Positions 27,906-38,098 of a DNA stretch of 64,000 bases are shown here, piece after piece. The stretch is taken from assembly GCA_963693055.1 (NCBI GenBank), contig OY843751.1, forward strand, positions 2,048,001 to 2,112,000. The letters are read 5' to 3'. Both the position numbers and the translations under genes were made by a program. Within the stretch, counting starts at the first letter, position 1. Each line of letters begins with the position of its first letter. The stretch is from a bacterium. Its GTDB lineage: Bacteria; Zhuqueibacterota; Zhuqueibacteria; Residuimicrobiales; Krinioviventaceae. The notes below the pieces were generated by a model that searched no databases, was not told the origin of the DNA, and worked only from the letters and a program-made list of their open reading frames with translations.

Positions 27906-30254
27906 ATGTATCGTTATGTGTTAATGCTTTTGCTTTTCATATCTGTACCATTGTATTCACAATCACATAACAGTAAGATTGAATATTCAGGCATTATTCA
28001 TGATGCAAAAAATAAAAGTCCGCTTGCAGGTGCAAATGTACTTTTGCCTGAATTGGATACCGGAACTACATCCAACAAGCTGGGTGTATTTACTTTTATG
28101 CTACCAGCTGGTACTTTCCAAATCAATGTTTCTTTTATGGGCTATAAATCGCAATCTTTTACCATTCATCCTGCTACCGGGAAGCATGAAAAACATGTCT
28201 TTGAACTTGAGCCCATTGTGTTATCTGCAAAAGAATTGTCCGTATCTGCTCAGGCAGATGATCCGGTGATCAACCGATTCGAAATCAAAGCCCGTGAAAT
28301 ATTAAAGGCGCCGGCACCGCTTCCCGATGCATTATTGACATTAAAGACACTTCCCGGAGTTTCTTCCAGGAACGATTTTAGCGCCTTGTATAGTGTAAGA
28401 GGGGGGAATTTTGATGAAAATCTTATATACATTAATGGTTTCGAGATCCATCAACCCCAGGTTGTTCGTAAAGGTATTATGGAGAACCCCTCTCTGGTTA
28501 ACTCGGAAATGCTGCAAGATATAAATCTACGAACAGGTGCTTTTTCTGTTAAATATGGAGACAAGCTCAGTTCAGTTCTGGACGTGACTTATAAAACGCC
28601 CAAAGAAAAAACATTTGCCGGAACAGTAGACCTCAGTACAATTGGTGCAACCTCGGCAATGCAAATACGATTATCTCCTGAATGGTCTATGTCTTTGGGC
28701 TTCCGTAAATTAGATTACAGTTATCTTGTGGGGAATATCCAAAACCAGGAAACCCATTTTACACCGGATTATCAGGATGTTCAATCGGTTTTAACCTGGC
28801 AGCCGGATTCTACATCACGGTTACAGATTTTGGGCTTGAATGCAGAGAGCCGGTTTCACTCAGCTCCTGAATCCTTTGCGTATTGGCGGGAAGATGAAGG
28901 CTATTACAAATACATATATGATGGATATGAAAACTTTGATTATAATACTGCTATGATGGCAGCAAAACTGCAAAAAGATTTTCGATCGATCCATTGGAAT
29001 GTTGGTGGTGCCTGGTATAGACAGCGTGAAACAGAGAATACGCAGCTGGATGAGAACATGTTGTACAATTATTCATTCCGTGATGAGCCCACCATGCAAG
29101 CCTATGATGATTATCGATATCGTTATCACTTTGTTAAAAATCAATTTAAAAGTTATTTCTATACTTTGAATACGGATATTGAATGGTTTGTCTCACCCCT
29201 TTGGACCATCAAATCGGGGCTTGATGTTAAAAGATTCAGAATTAATGATAATATGCTTGAAGAACTAAAGGAGTTTAATAATGCTGGCACAAGTTTTCTA
29301 ATACCTATGCATAATTACAATACTCGTGAATCTCATAAAGGATACCTGCTTTCCCAATTTGCGCAAGCCGTTTGGAGGCCCGCACCAGAATGGCGAATAA
29401 TTCCAGGAGTACGCTGGACTGTTAGCACATTGAATCACGAACAACTATTCCTGCCACGAATCCAGGGCATATGGCAAATGAATGCTACCTATGAGTATTT
29501 TGCTTCTGTTGGCAGATATGCTCAACCACCTTTGAACCGTGAATTCCAATTCCGTCAAGGTCCAGATGAAGAACTGCTTTCTCAGAAATCCTGGAATTTA
29601 ACTGCCGGATTCAGTCGTACCCCACAGCAAGGGCTTTCATTGCGACTGGAAGCGTATTACAAATCACTTAAAGATATAATATCTTATGAGATAGAAGATG
29701 TTCAGCTACGTTATTCAGGAATCAATGATGCCAAGGGTTATGTATATGGACTAGATGCATTCTTGCATGGCGAAATTGTAGAGGGTACAGAAAATTGGTT
29801 TAGTTATAGTTATATGGTTGCAAATGAAGATATAATGGGTGATGATGCCGGGTATGTACCACGCCCATCAGATAGAAGGCACCAGTTGTCATATTATATG
29901 GAAGATAGAATGGAAAAATTTCCCAATTCCAAAATGCATATTCGCCTTGTTTATGGTACGGGTTTTCCCTTTACATGGAAACGATATGTTCTCAATTATG
30001 CTACAGGAGAGTATGAATATTCGGAAGCGAAACGAAATAGTGACCGGTTATCCGCTTATCGTCGTTTCGATGCGGGATTCACTCAGGAATTCCGCATCGG
30101 TAAACGATATTCTATAATTTTACGTGAAGAAGTGTTGAACGTATTTAATAATATTAATATTCTGGGTTATGATATTTCTTTTAATCGTAAAGTTGACCGC
30201 TATTTAAGCGGTCGTATTTACAATGTCGGGTGTCGGTTGGTATTACATGAATGA
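27906..30254 (+). CDS. TonB-dependent receptor
   Basis: N-terminal CarboxypepD_reg-like domain, plug TLPGV...VRGGNFDENLIYING, YGDKLSSVLDV, barrel ending LNVFN...YNVGCRL. Confidence 0.9.
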   Translation: MYRYVLMLLLFISVPLYSQSHNSKIEYSGIIHDAKNKSPLAGANVLLPELDTGTTSNKLGVFTFMLPAGTFQINVSFMGYKSQSFTIHPATGKHEKHVFELEPIVLSAKELSVSAQADDPVINRFEIKAREILKAPAPLPDALLTLKTLPGVSSRNDFSALYSVRGGNFDENLIYINGFEIHQPQVVRKGIMENPSLVNSEMLQDINLRTGAFSVKYGDKLSSVLDVTYKTPKEKTFAGTVDLSTIGATSAMQIRLSPEWSMSLGFRKLDYSYLVGNIQNQETHFTPDYQDVQSVLTWQPDSTSRLQILGLNAESRFHSAPESFAYWREDEGYYKYIYDGYENFDYNTAMMAAKLQKDFRSIHWNVGGAWYRQRETENTQLDENMLYNYSFRDEPTMQAYDDYRYRYHFVKNQFKSYFYTLNTDIEWFVSPLWTIKSGLDVKRFRINDNMLEELKEFNNAGTSFLIPMHNYNTRESHKGYLLSQFAQAVWRPAPEWRIIPGVRWTVSTLNHEQLFLPRIQGIWQMNATYEYFASVGRYAQPPLNREFQFRQGPDEELLSQKSWNLTAGFSRTPQQGLSLRLEAYYKSLKDIISYEIEDVQLRYSGINDAKGYVYGLDAFLHGEIVEGTENWFSYSYMVANEDIMGDDAGYVPRPSDRRHQLSYYMEDRMEKFPNSKMHIRLVYGTGFPFTWKRYVLNYATGEYEYSEAKRNSDRLSAYRRFDAGFTQEFRIGKRYSIILREEVLNVFNNINILGYDISFNRKVDRYLSGRIYNVGCRLVLHE

Positions 30255-30275
30255 AACAGACCGAGGGAGCTGTTT

Positions 30276-30875
30276 TTAAAATGTAGCCCAAAATGCTTGT
30301 TTTAATTCTTGATACGTCGTTGTCACCGGGAACTGGGGGAACTCGTCAATGACATTTTGAGGGGGACGGAACAGGATGCCGGCATCCGCTTCTTTTAACA
30401 TGGTTGTATCGTTATAAGAATCCCCGGCAGCAACAACTTTGAAATAAAGTTGTTTCAATGCCAATACAGATTGTCTTTTTTGGTCTTTTTGACGCAATTG
30501 GTAATCGACAACCATACCCTTGTCGTTAATAACAAGGCTGTTACAAAAAAGTGTAGGATAGTCCAGTTGTTTCATCAAAGGAGATGCAAATTCATAAAAA
30601 GTATCAGAAAGGATAATTACCTGAAACTTTTCTTTCAACTCGTACAAAAAGTCTTTGGCACCTTCAAGCGGTTCAAGTTGCGAAATGACATTTTGAATGT
30701 CAGATAAACCCAGGTTATGTGCTTTTAAAATATCCAGTCTTTGCTTCATAAGTACATCATAATCAGGTATATCACGTGTAGTAGCGCGTAATTCATCAAT
30801 GCCGGTATGTTCAGCAAAATTTATCCAAATTTCCGGAACGAGTACACCTTCCAGGTCAAGACATGCTATGCTCAA
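30276..30875 (-). CDS. thrH: Phosphoserine phosphatase/homoserine phosphotransferase (HAD family)
   Basis: CLDLEGVLVPEIW, ILSDTFYEF, AAGDSYNDTTML; TTG start with GGAG RBS. Confidence 0.95.
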   Translation of the reverse strand: MSIACLDLEGVLVPEIWINFAEHTGIDELRATTRDIPDYDVLMKQRLDILKAHNLGLSDIQNVISQLEPLEGAKDFLYELKEKFQVIILSDTFYEFASPLMKQLDYPTLFCNSLVINDKGMVVDYQLRQKDQKRQSVLALKQLYFKVVAAGDSYNDTTMLKEADAGILFRPPQNVIDEFPQFPVTTTYQELKQAFWATF

Positions 30876-31127
30876 AATTTTGTTCTCCTGTTATTGGTAT
30901 TGTTTAAATAAAATAGTGAAAATTTAAAAAAAATAAAAGTATGAAATTGTTGAATCTATTGAGAAATCTCTATATCTTTAATGTGTTATACTCTATATAA
31001 AAAATAATGTTAAAAATTTTTCTGCAATTGTATATTATTTTTATTAAATTAATATGATCAGATTTATATCTGGGGAAACACGTTGTTTTATAAATTTCAC
31101 AAATATGATATTATCGAGGGAGATATC

Positions 31128-32105
31128 ATGTTAAAAGCATTCATGATTTGGATGCTCATATTACTACCGGTATTCACTTTGATGGCTGGTTCTGGCATTG
31201 GTGAATCCGGATCTGTATTTATGACATCACTACCGCCCAATGCGCCTGAATTAAGCGCTCCAACCAATGGGCTGGCGTCTGTTCCTGATTCCGTTTTTTT
31301 GACCTGGAGGTCACTCATCCATACCTCTGGTTTTAACGTTCAGGTTTCTAACGAGGATGATTTTAATACGCTTCTTTTAGATGAAACAGGTATTGCGGAT
31401 ACCTTGTATTTAATGAAAAATCTGGATTACAGTACGATGCACTATTGGCGTGTGAATGCTGTAAATGCTGCTGGTACCAGTCCTTTTTCATCTGTTTGGT
31501 CTTTTTCTACGTTACAGCCTTTGTCAGGACCAGAATTAATACGTCCTGAAAATGGAGCGATTGTAGCAAGTGAGGGTTTGGTATTAGAATGGATTCCTAT
31601 TGATGGTGCTATTGAATACCATTTACAAGTCTCAGATAATCCTGATTTTTCTTATTTAGTGATTGATAAAAGTGACATTCAGGAATCAAATTATGCATTA
31701 AACCTGGAGATGGGTAATGTCTGGTATTGGAGAATAAGTGCAATAAATAAAGCCGGAGAAGGTGATTTCTCAAGTATCTGGTCTTTTTCTAATTTAGCAA
31801 CTGATATTGATAAAGAATCCATACCCAAAAATTTTGACTTGTTGCCAGCCTATCCTAATCCATTTAATCCTACTACATTTATAACATACCATTTACCAAA
31901 AACTGCGGATGTATCATTGGTCATTTACAATAGTATGGGGCAAATGATCCGCAACCTTGAAAATGGTCAGCGCCAGGCTGGTCGTTATACAAAACAATGG
32001 GATACTCGTGACAATCAGGGTATGCCTGTTACCAGTGGTATGTATTTATGCAGGTTCGAGTCAGATGGGCATGTTTTTATACGTAAAATGATGCTATTGC
32101 GCTAG
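31128..32105 (+). CDS. Secreted protein with two FN3-like repeats and FlgD/T9SS-type C-terminal domain
   Basis: Two P-L-P-NG...W...QVS...F...YWR...WSF repeats and AYPNPFNP...SGMYL...RKMMLLR. Confidence 0.85.
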   Translation: MLKAFMIWMLILLPVFTLMAGSGIGESGSVFMTSLPPNAPELSAPTNGLASVPDSVFLTWRSLIHTSGFNVQVSNEDDFNTLLLDETGIADTLYLMKNLDYSTMHYWRVNAVNAAGTSPFSSVWSFSTLQPLSGPELIRPENGAIVASEGLVLEWIPIDGAIEYHLQVSDNPDFSYLVIDKSDIQESNYALNLEMGNVWYWRISAINKAGEGDFSSIWSFSNLATDIDKESIPKNFDLLPAYPNPFNPTTFITYHLPKTADVSLVIYNSMGQMIRNLENGQRQAGRYTKQWDTRDNQGMPVTSGMYLCRFESDGHVFIRKMMLLR

Positions 32106-32131
32106 ACCTGTTTTTTTAGATTGAGGCGAAA

Positions 32132-35100
32132 ATGAAAAAAAATATAATATTAATACTTTTATTGTTTATTACCGGTCTGCTATACGCTGAAGATCCGGTT
32201 GTGCAGAATGTTACATTTGTTCAAAGAACTGATGGTTCTTTAAAAGCAGATATCTATTATGATGTTATTGATTCTGATAATGATACCCTGACCGTTACAT
32301 TAGAGGCTTCGAACGATAATGGGATGACCTGGGATTTACCTTGCAGTCATGTAAGTGGTGATGTTGGTGGTAGCATTTTATCAGGAACTGATAAACATAT
32401 TGTTTGGGATTTTTTAGCTGACAATCCAGGTGTCAGTGGAAACGACTATCGTGTGCGTGTAATTGCCAATGATCAAAAAGAACCGGGCATGGTTTATATT
32501 AATGGTGGTTCATTTCAAATGGGAAGTGAATATGGCGAAGATGACGAATTGCCAATTCATTCTGTTTCCGTAAATGGATTTTATATAGACTTGTATGAAG
32601 TAACCAACGCTCTTTATGCTGCATTTTTAAATGAAGCTATTGCAAATGATTTGATTACAGTTGTTGGCACAATGGTCAAGCAAGATACCACAACATTATT
32701 GGATTTTGATAATCCGGAATGTTATATAACTTTTTCTGAAAACACCTTTCAGGTAGATCAGGATAAACAAGAATTACCGGTAACTTTTGTGACCTGGTTT
32801 GGTGCAAATGCCTATGCAGCGTATTATGACAAGCGTTTGCCAACTGAGGCTGAATGGGAATACGCGTCACGTGGTGGCGGCCTGAGTCAGAATTTTACAT
32901 ATAGTGGCAGCAATAATGTTGATGCAGTTGCGTGGTATCAGAGAAATTCTAACTCAAGTCCGCAACCTGTTGGTCAGTTAGAGCCTAATGAATTGGGTCT
33001 CTATGATATGAGTGGTAATGTCTGGGAATGGTGTGCTGATAAATATAACGCCAATTATTATATCTTTACTCCTTTAACAAATCCCAATGGTCCTTTTGAT
33101 GATTTAAATGCCCGGATTTTAAGAGGCGGCGCATGGGATGATGCCATGGTTAAGACTAAACCGGCAAACCGGAATCGTGATTATCCCTGGCAGGGTGCAA
33201 ACAATCGAGGTTTCCGTTGTGTTAAAACAAATACAGAATTAACGCAGTTGTCAAGTGTTACAGTATCTCCTCTGGATACAACTGTGATTAATAGCGGGAC
33301 TGTGCAATTTAAATGTTTAGCTGAATATAGTGATGGTAGTAGTGTGGATGTAACCAATTTTACCGAATGGTCTGTTTTATTTGGTATTAGTGGTTCAATT
33401 GAAAGTAATGGCTTGTTTACCGCGAGTGAACTGGAAACAGGTACAGTGCAGGTTCAAGCTGTCTTTGATGGAATGAATTTGCAAACAACTGTAAACGTCA
33501 GGTTTGAAATTATTCAGGGCGCTGGTACTGTTACGGATATTGACGGTAATACTTATGAAACCGTTAAAATTGGTACGCAATGGTGGATGGTAGATAACCT
33601 CAAAGTCACCCATTACCGGAATGGCGATCCTATTCCAAATATTACCGGTGAATTTGAATGGATGACCTCAGAATCCGGTGCGCTTTGTTATTATGATAAT
33701 GATCAAGATAGTGCTGGTGTTTATGGTGCCTTGTATAACTGGTATACAATATTAGACAGCAGAAGCATAGCCCCTCGAGGTTGGCATGTACCTACTGAAG
33801 AAGAGTGGAACACCCTGGTAGACTTGATAGGTGATGAAAGCAATGCAGGTGGAAGTTTAAAAGAGTCAGGTGTTGTGCATTGGCAAAGCCCCAATACTGG
33901 GGCAAGCAATGAAAGTGGATTTACAGGTTTGCCAGGTGGTATTCGTGATTATGACTCGAGATTTTTTCATATTGGTAAACTGGGATATTTCTGGTTCAAA
34001 GAAAACAATTCAAATAATCCTGCTGCAAAAATATTATCATATAATAATATATTGGTTAATCAGGATGGTGGAGAACCCAAATGCGGATTTTCGATCCGTC
34101 TTATTCGGGATCAGAATGTGAATAATAATCCACCCACAGCTTCGCTTGTTGTGACGCCTGAGACGGGTACAACCGAGACGGTGTTTACTTTTGATGCTAC
34201 GGGGAGTACCGATGATCATGATCAGCTTTCTCAATTACAGGTCAGATGGGATTGGCAGAATGATGGCACCTGGGATACAGAGTATTCCACTACCAAGTTT
34301 ATAACACGTAAATTCTCTACCGCTGTAGCAAGGACTGTTAAAATGCAGATTCGGGATATGGATGGTATGAGTTCAACAATTACCAAAGAGGTTCGTGTAT
34401 ATCAGGATGATCTGCAAGTAACTTTTCCAAATGGTGGAGAAACATTCAATACCGGTGATACTGAAATTATTCAATGGTTTATAAATGAGCTTGATGAACG
34501 GGTCTATGTTGATCTGTTCCTTGGTGATGAATTTGTAACGCGATTGAAAGATACAGGGACAGGAAATGATGGTGATTATACCTGGGATATTTCTTCAGAT
34601 ATACCATCTGGTAACCATTATCGGATAAGAATTTATGGTCTTTGGTCAAAAACCACTGATTTTAGTGATGATTACTTTACTATTATGAACCAGGGTGAAG
34701 AACAACCGACAGGTACAGTATTGGATATTGATGGTAATCTCTATAAAACCATCAAAATTGGTAACCAATGGTGGATGGCTGAAAATCTCAAGGTTACACA
34801 TTACAGGAACGGAGATATTATTCCTAATGTAACAGGTAATCCTGAATGGACGAATCTTGATTCCGGTGCGCTCTGTTATTATGACAATAGCAAAACGAAT
34901 AATAATGATTATGGCGCTTTGTACAATTGGTATGCAATAAATGATTCTCGAAACATTGCACCTGCGGGATGGCATGTACCAACTGACGCAGAATGGAAGC
35001 AGCTTGAAATGCATTTAGGAATGAGCCAAACCGAAGCAGACAAGGAAAACTGGCGGGGAACAGATGAAGGTGGTAAATTAAAAGAAGCCGGTACCAGCCA

Positions 35101-35347
35101 CTGGAATAATCCCAATACCGGAGCAACAAATTCAAGTGGCTTTACAGCCCGTGGAAGTGGGTACCGTAGTTATTCATTCAATGGTGCTTTTGATGGAAAT
35201 GGACAATATGCTACCTTTGTCACAGCAACAGAATCCGATGCGCAAAATGCCTGGCATCATTATTTATATTACGTTAATGACGAAGTAGGACGCGGAACGT
35301 CTAATAAATCTGATGGATTTTCAGTCCGCTTGGTTAAGGATAATTGA
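32132..35347 (+). CDS. Multidomain secreted protein: FGE-sulfatase (SUMF1), Ig-like, Fib_succ_major, PKD, Ig-like, second Fib_succ_major
   Basis: RLPTEAEWEYASRGG and NELGLYDMSGNVWEW; twice DIDGNxYxTxKIGxQWWM...YGALYNW...GWHVPT; RWDWQNDGTWD (PKD). Confidence 0.9.
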   Translation: MKKNIILILLLFITGLLYAEDPVVQNVTFVQRTDGSLKADIYYDVIDSDNDTLTVTLEASNDNGMTWDLPCSHVSGDVGGSILSGTDKHIVWDFLADNPGVSGNDYRVRVIANDQKEPGMVYINGGSFQMGSEYGEDDELPIHSVSVNGFYIDLYEVTNALYAAFLNEAIANDLITVVGTMVKQDTTTLLDFDNPECYITFSENTFQVDQDKQELPVTFVTWFGANAYAAYYDKRLPTEAEWEYASRGGGLSQNFTYSGSNNVDAVAWYQRNSNSSPQPVGQLEPNELGLYDMSGNVWEWCADKYNANYYIFTPLTNPNGPFDDLNARILRGGAWDDAMVKTKPANRNRDYPWQGANNRGFRCVKTNTELTQLSSVTVSPLDTTVINSGTVQFKCLAEYSDGSSVDVTNFTEWSVLFGISGSIESNGLFTASELETGTVQVQAVFDGMNLQTTVNVRFEIIQGAGTVTDIDGNTYETVKIGTQWWMVDNLKVTHYRNGDPIPNITGEFEWMTSESGALCYYDNDQDSAGVYGALYNWYTILDSRSIAPRGWHVPTEEEWNTLVDLIGDESNAGGSLKESGVVHWQSPNTGASNESGFTGLPGGIRDYDSRFFHIGKLGYFWFKENNSNNPAAKILSYNNILVNQDGGEPKCGFSIRLIRDQNVNNNPPTASLVVTPETGTTETVFTFDATGSTDDHDQLSQLQVRWDWQNDGTWDTEYSTTKFITRKFSTAVARTVKMQIRDMDGMSSTITKEVRVYQDDLQVTFPNGGETFNTGDTEIIQWFINELDERVYVDLFLGDEFVTRLKDTGTGNDGDYTWDISSDIPSGNHYRIRIYGLWSKTTDFSDDYFTIMNQGEEQPTGTVLDIDGNLYKTIKIGNQWWMAENLKVTHYRNGDIIPNVTGNPEWTNLDSGALCYYDNSKTNNNDYGALYNWYAINDSRNIAPAGWHVPTDAEWKQLEMHLGMSQTEADKENWRGTDEGGKLKEAGTSHWNNPNTGATNSSGFTARGSGYRSYSFNGAFDGNGQYATFVTATESDAQNAWHHYLYYVNDEVGRGTSNKSDGFSVRLVKDN
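33524..35344 (+). repeat. Intragenic duplication of the Fib_succ_major domain (about 33524-34110 and 34712-35344)
   Basis: Shared nucleotide blocks such as TCCGGTGCGCTxTGTTATTATGA and TGGCATGTACC, and collinear protein similarity. Confidence 0.85.
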
Positions 35348-35373
35348 TTAAGAATTGATATTTAATAAATAGT

Positions 35374-35411
35374 AAAAAAAAAGACCGGTTATTAATCGGT
35401 CTTTTTTTTTT
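35374..35411. terminator. Bidirectional intrinsic terminator
   Basis: A-run, GACCGGTT-AT-TAATCGGTC, T-run, between convergent genes. Confidence 0.9.
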
Positions 35412-35419
35412 GTGTTAAA

Positions 35420-36277
35420 TTATTTTTGAGCTAGATTTTTTCTGTTTATCAAATAATGTTCAAGCAGATCAAGCTTGTCTGTATTGATAAAATCAACCTG
35501 TGCCAGTATTAACTCGTTCCAGAACATGCGTTGATCAAGGATCGGATCAACATCTGTACCCCAGAAGCGTACCCTTTGTCCTTTAGCGTGTGCAGTTTTG
35601 ACAATCATTTCCAATTTTTCTTTTTCTTGCACGGGAATTGCACCATTTCCATACCATTCAAATAAATCCTGCCAATTGTTACTGATCATAGATACTAGTG
35701 ATGCCGGATAATCTGTATTTAAATCTGTAATACGTCCATCATAGCTTGTATAGCGAAGTGGCTCGTTTGCCATAAAATCAAGAGTAGGACGGTTCCCGGA
35801 CAAAATAACTGCAACCGGACCTTTGATCGTTTTGTTGTTTTTATAAATTGTCATCATGCCTTTATATGCTGCCAATACACGATTCAACGCTTGAAACGTT
35901 GTAAAAGAATCGGATTTAATGTCAATAAGCAGAATTAGTGGGAAATCTTTATTGAACCGGCAATTCGGAGATTTGAGCAGTTCTTTTATCGGATCAAGAT
36001 ACATATACTGCAAAGTCATTCCGGGTTTTACATCCTCAAGTTCGTGAGCCACCAACAGTTCTCCATTGACCAAATGAATATCTGCTTCAACACTTGTGAA
36101 ATTGTGTTCCATTGCATCGTAAAAGGGCCTGACATGATTATAATCATTATGTGCATGTGCGCGTGGCTGATATGGATGGTCTAATATTTTTTGATTGTTC
36201 GATTGACAAGAGAATCCAATGAGAATTATATAAAGAATCGTTGCATATCTGGTGAAAATGCACATTTCTGTCTCCAT
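35420..36277 (-). CDS. PI-PLC/GDPD-like phosphodiesterase lipoprotein (AIM6-like)
   Basis: AHAHNDY, SVEADIHL, LLIDIK, ILSGNRP, VDFINTD. Confidence 0.8.
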   Translation of the reverse strand: METEMCIFTRYATILYIILIGFSCQSNNQKILDHPYQPRAHAHNDYNHVRPFYDAMEHNFTSVEADIHLVNGELLVAHELEDVKPGMTLQYMYLDPIKELLKSPNCRFNKDFPLILLIDIKSDSFTTFQALNRVLAAYKGMMTIYKNNKTIKGPVAVILSGNRPTLDFMANEPLRYTSYDGRITDLNTDYPASLVSMISNNWQDLFEWYGNGAIPVQEKEKLEMIVKTAHAKGQRVRFWGTDVDPILDQRMFWNELILAQVDFINTDKLDLLEHYLINRKNLAQK

Positions 36278-36340
36278 GGATTATTGCGGTTAAAATGTAA
36301 ATGTAACAAGAAGAAAAGGTGAAATCAATTTAATTATGCA

Positions 36341-38095
36341 TTAATCTTGAAAAATGGGGCTCATTGTTATCATTTTCCCTGATTCGATAAAATCTTTCAG
36401 TTTCATTATTTCATCTGAAAATGGTCGGTCTTCTATTACCGGGGGAAACAGAGTTGAAACATGAGTTAATATTTGCTCGCAGACTGGATTTATCAATCGG
36501 TCTTTCGGTTTGATGGGATAATGCTCTCTAACTGCGATTTCCATTTCAAATGGATTTTTAAGGATTTCCAGTTCTTTTTGCATTTTATGCAGTTTCTGAT
36601 TGGTCTTTTCAGAAACCGGAACTTTGGAGGGAATATGTGGCAGTTTTTTACGGATAGCAGCCGCCTGGTTTATAAATGCAAGCTCTATAGCCAGTAATTG
36701 TGCCAGTTTAGGCAGCGTTTTGTGAGCACGTATTGCTACATCCGTACCCATGCTGACATGGTCTTCCTGTCCTGTATTGGTTGGAATGTTATATAGATGG
36801 TTTGGCATGGCTTCTCCCCAGATCGAATTGGCTAGTGCTGCCGAAGTATATTCCAGCATCATCATACCGCTTGAAATGGCTTTTTGACTTTCCGAAAGAT
36901 CAGGCCATTTCAAATCCCTGCCTAACCCTTTGTTCAGATTTGCATCTACATAACGTGCGCATCTACGATTTACAAGTGACGCCATAATTCCCATGGCTTG
37001 TATGAGATTGTATACCCTTACAGCTACCGGCATACCATGAAAATGCCCACCTGAAACGATATCCACGTATTTGCCATAATACGGGTCATCGGTCTTCCAG
37101 CCGTATTCTTTATCTGCGGGGAGGATGAGTGGATTATCGGTCACACTGTTTGCCTCTCTAAGAAGCGCGGTTTGGCTTTCGTCTATCAATTCAGCGCATG
37201 TACCTAAAATCTGGGCAGAGCATCGTATATTATACGGGTCCTGGATCTCTCCATCTATGCGGTAATCCCGATGCGCTTCACGCAGGGGCGAGTTTTTCAT
37301 CAGGGCGTAAATCCATTTGGCAACTTTGACCGCACCGGGATGAGGGCGGAGTTGGTGCAGGTCTTCACAGAATGGTGTTTCTGGGGCCAGCATAACCTGA
37401 GCGGTCATGGCAGACTGAATTGCAGCGGATTTAAGATAGGTTTGCATTTTGCCGCATACATCCAGACCAATTGCTGTCATGTACTGAACACCATTGTTCA
37501 GCGCCAATCCTTCTTTCATCTGCAGGCGTATGGGTTTTAGTCCGGATTTGTGGTAGGCATCAGCTGCATTCATGAGCGAACCTTGGTAACGCACCTGACC
37601 TTTTCCCAGCATGCCCAGAGCGATATGAGAGAGGGGGGCAAGATCACCGCTTGCTCCTACAGAGCCAAGTTCAGGAACGATTGGCAGCATATCATGATTG
37701 AGCATGTCCAGAATGTGTTCAACCAGACAGGAACGTATACCACTGTTTCCACGGGAAAGGGATTGTGCACGTAATAACATGGTCATGCGGACAATTTCAT
37801 CAGGTGCCGGATCACCAACACCCACACAATGCGAGATGATCAGGTTTTCCTGTAACGCAGAAAGGTGTGCATCGTCAACTGCCAGATCAACATTGTGCCC
37901 AAATCCCCGATTAAATCCATATGCCGGGTATTTTTGAGAGGTTACAAATTCTACAATGTCTTTACGACGTTGATCAAGTAGTTCTCGGGTATCATCAGCC
38001 AGTTTGAATTGTAGCTGATTCTGAGCAGCAGCTGTTATCTCTAAAAGAGTAATATCTTTATTATGACGAATGAAGAGTATGTTTTTATCGGACAT
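36341..38095 (-). CDS. hutH: Histidine ammonia-lyase
   Basis: GSVGASGDLAPLSH (MIO-forming ASG), KEGLALNNG, QDPYNIRC, GGHFHG, QEDHVSMG; hut operon context. Confidence 0.9.
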   Translation of the reverse strand: MSDKNILFIRHNKDITLLEITAAAQNQLQFKLADDTRELLDQRRKDIVEFVTSQKYPAYGFNRGFGHNVDLAVDDAHLSALQENLIISHCVGVGDPAPDEIVRMTMLLRAQSLSRGNSGIRSCLVEHILDMLNHDMLPIVPELGSVGASGDLAPLSHIALGMLGKGQVRYQGSLMNAADAYHKSGLKPIRLQMKEGLALNNGVQYMTAIGLDVCGKMQTYLKSAAIQSAMTAQVMLAPETPFCEDLHQLRPHPGAVKVAKWIYALMKNSPLREAHRDYRIDGEIQDPYNIRCSAQILGTCAELIDESQTALLREANSVTDNPLILPADKEYGWKTDDPYYGKYVDIVSGGHFHGMPVAVRVYNLIQAMGIMASLVNRRCARYVDANLNKGLGRDLKWPDLSESQKAISSGMMMLEYTSAALANSIWGEAMPNHLYNIPTNTGQEDHVSMGTDVAIRAHKTLPKLAQLLAIELAFINQAAAIRKKLPHIPSKVPVSEKTNQKLHKMQKELEILKNPFEMEIAVREHYPIKPKDRLINPVCEQILTHVSTLFPPVIEDRPFSDEIMKLKDFIESGKMITMSPIFQD

Positions 38096-38098
38096 ATG

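Noticed and set aside
32132-35347. Complete diversity-generating retroelement
   Set aside because: No reverse transcriptase or non-coding template repeat in the window; differences between the copies are not adenine-specific.
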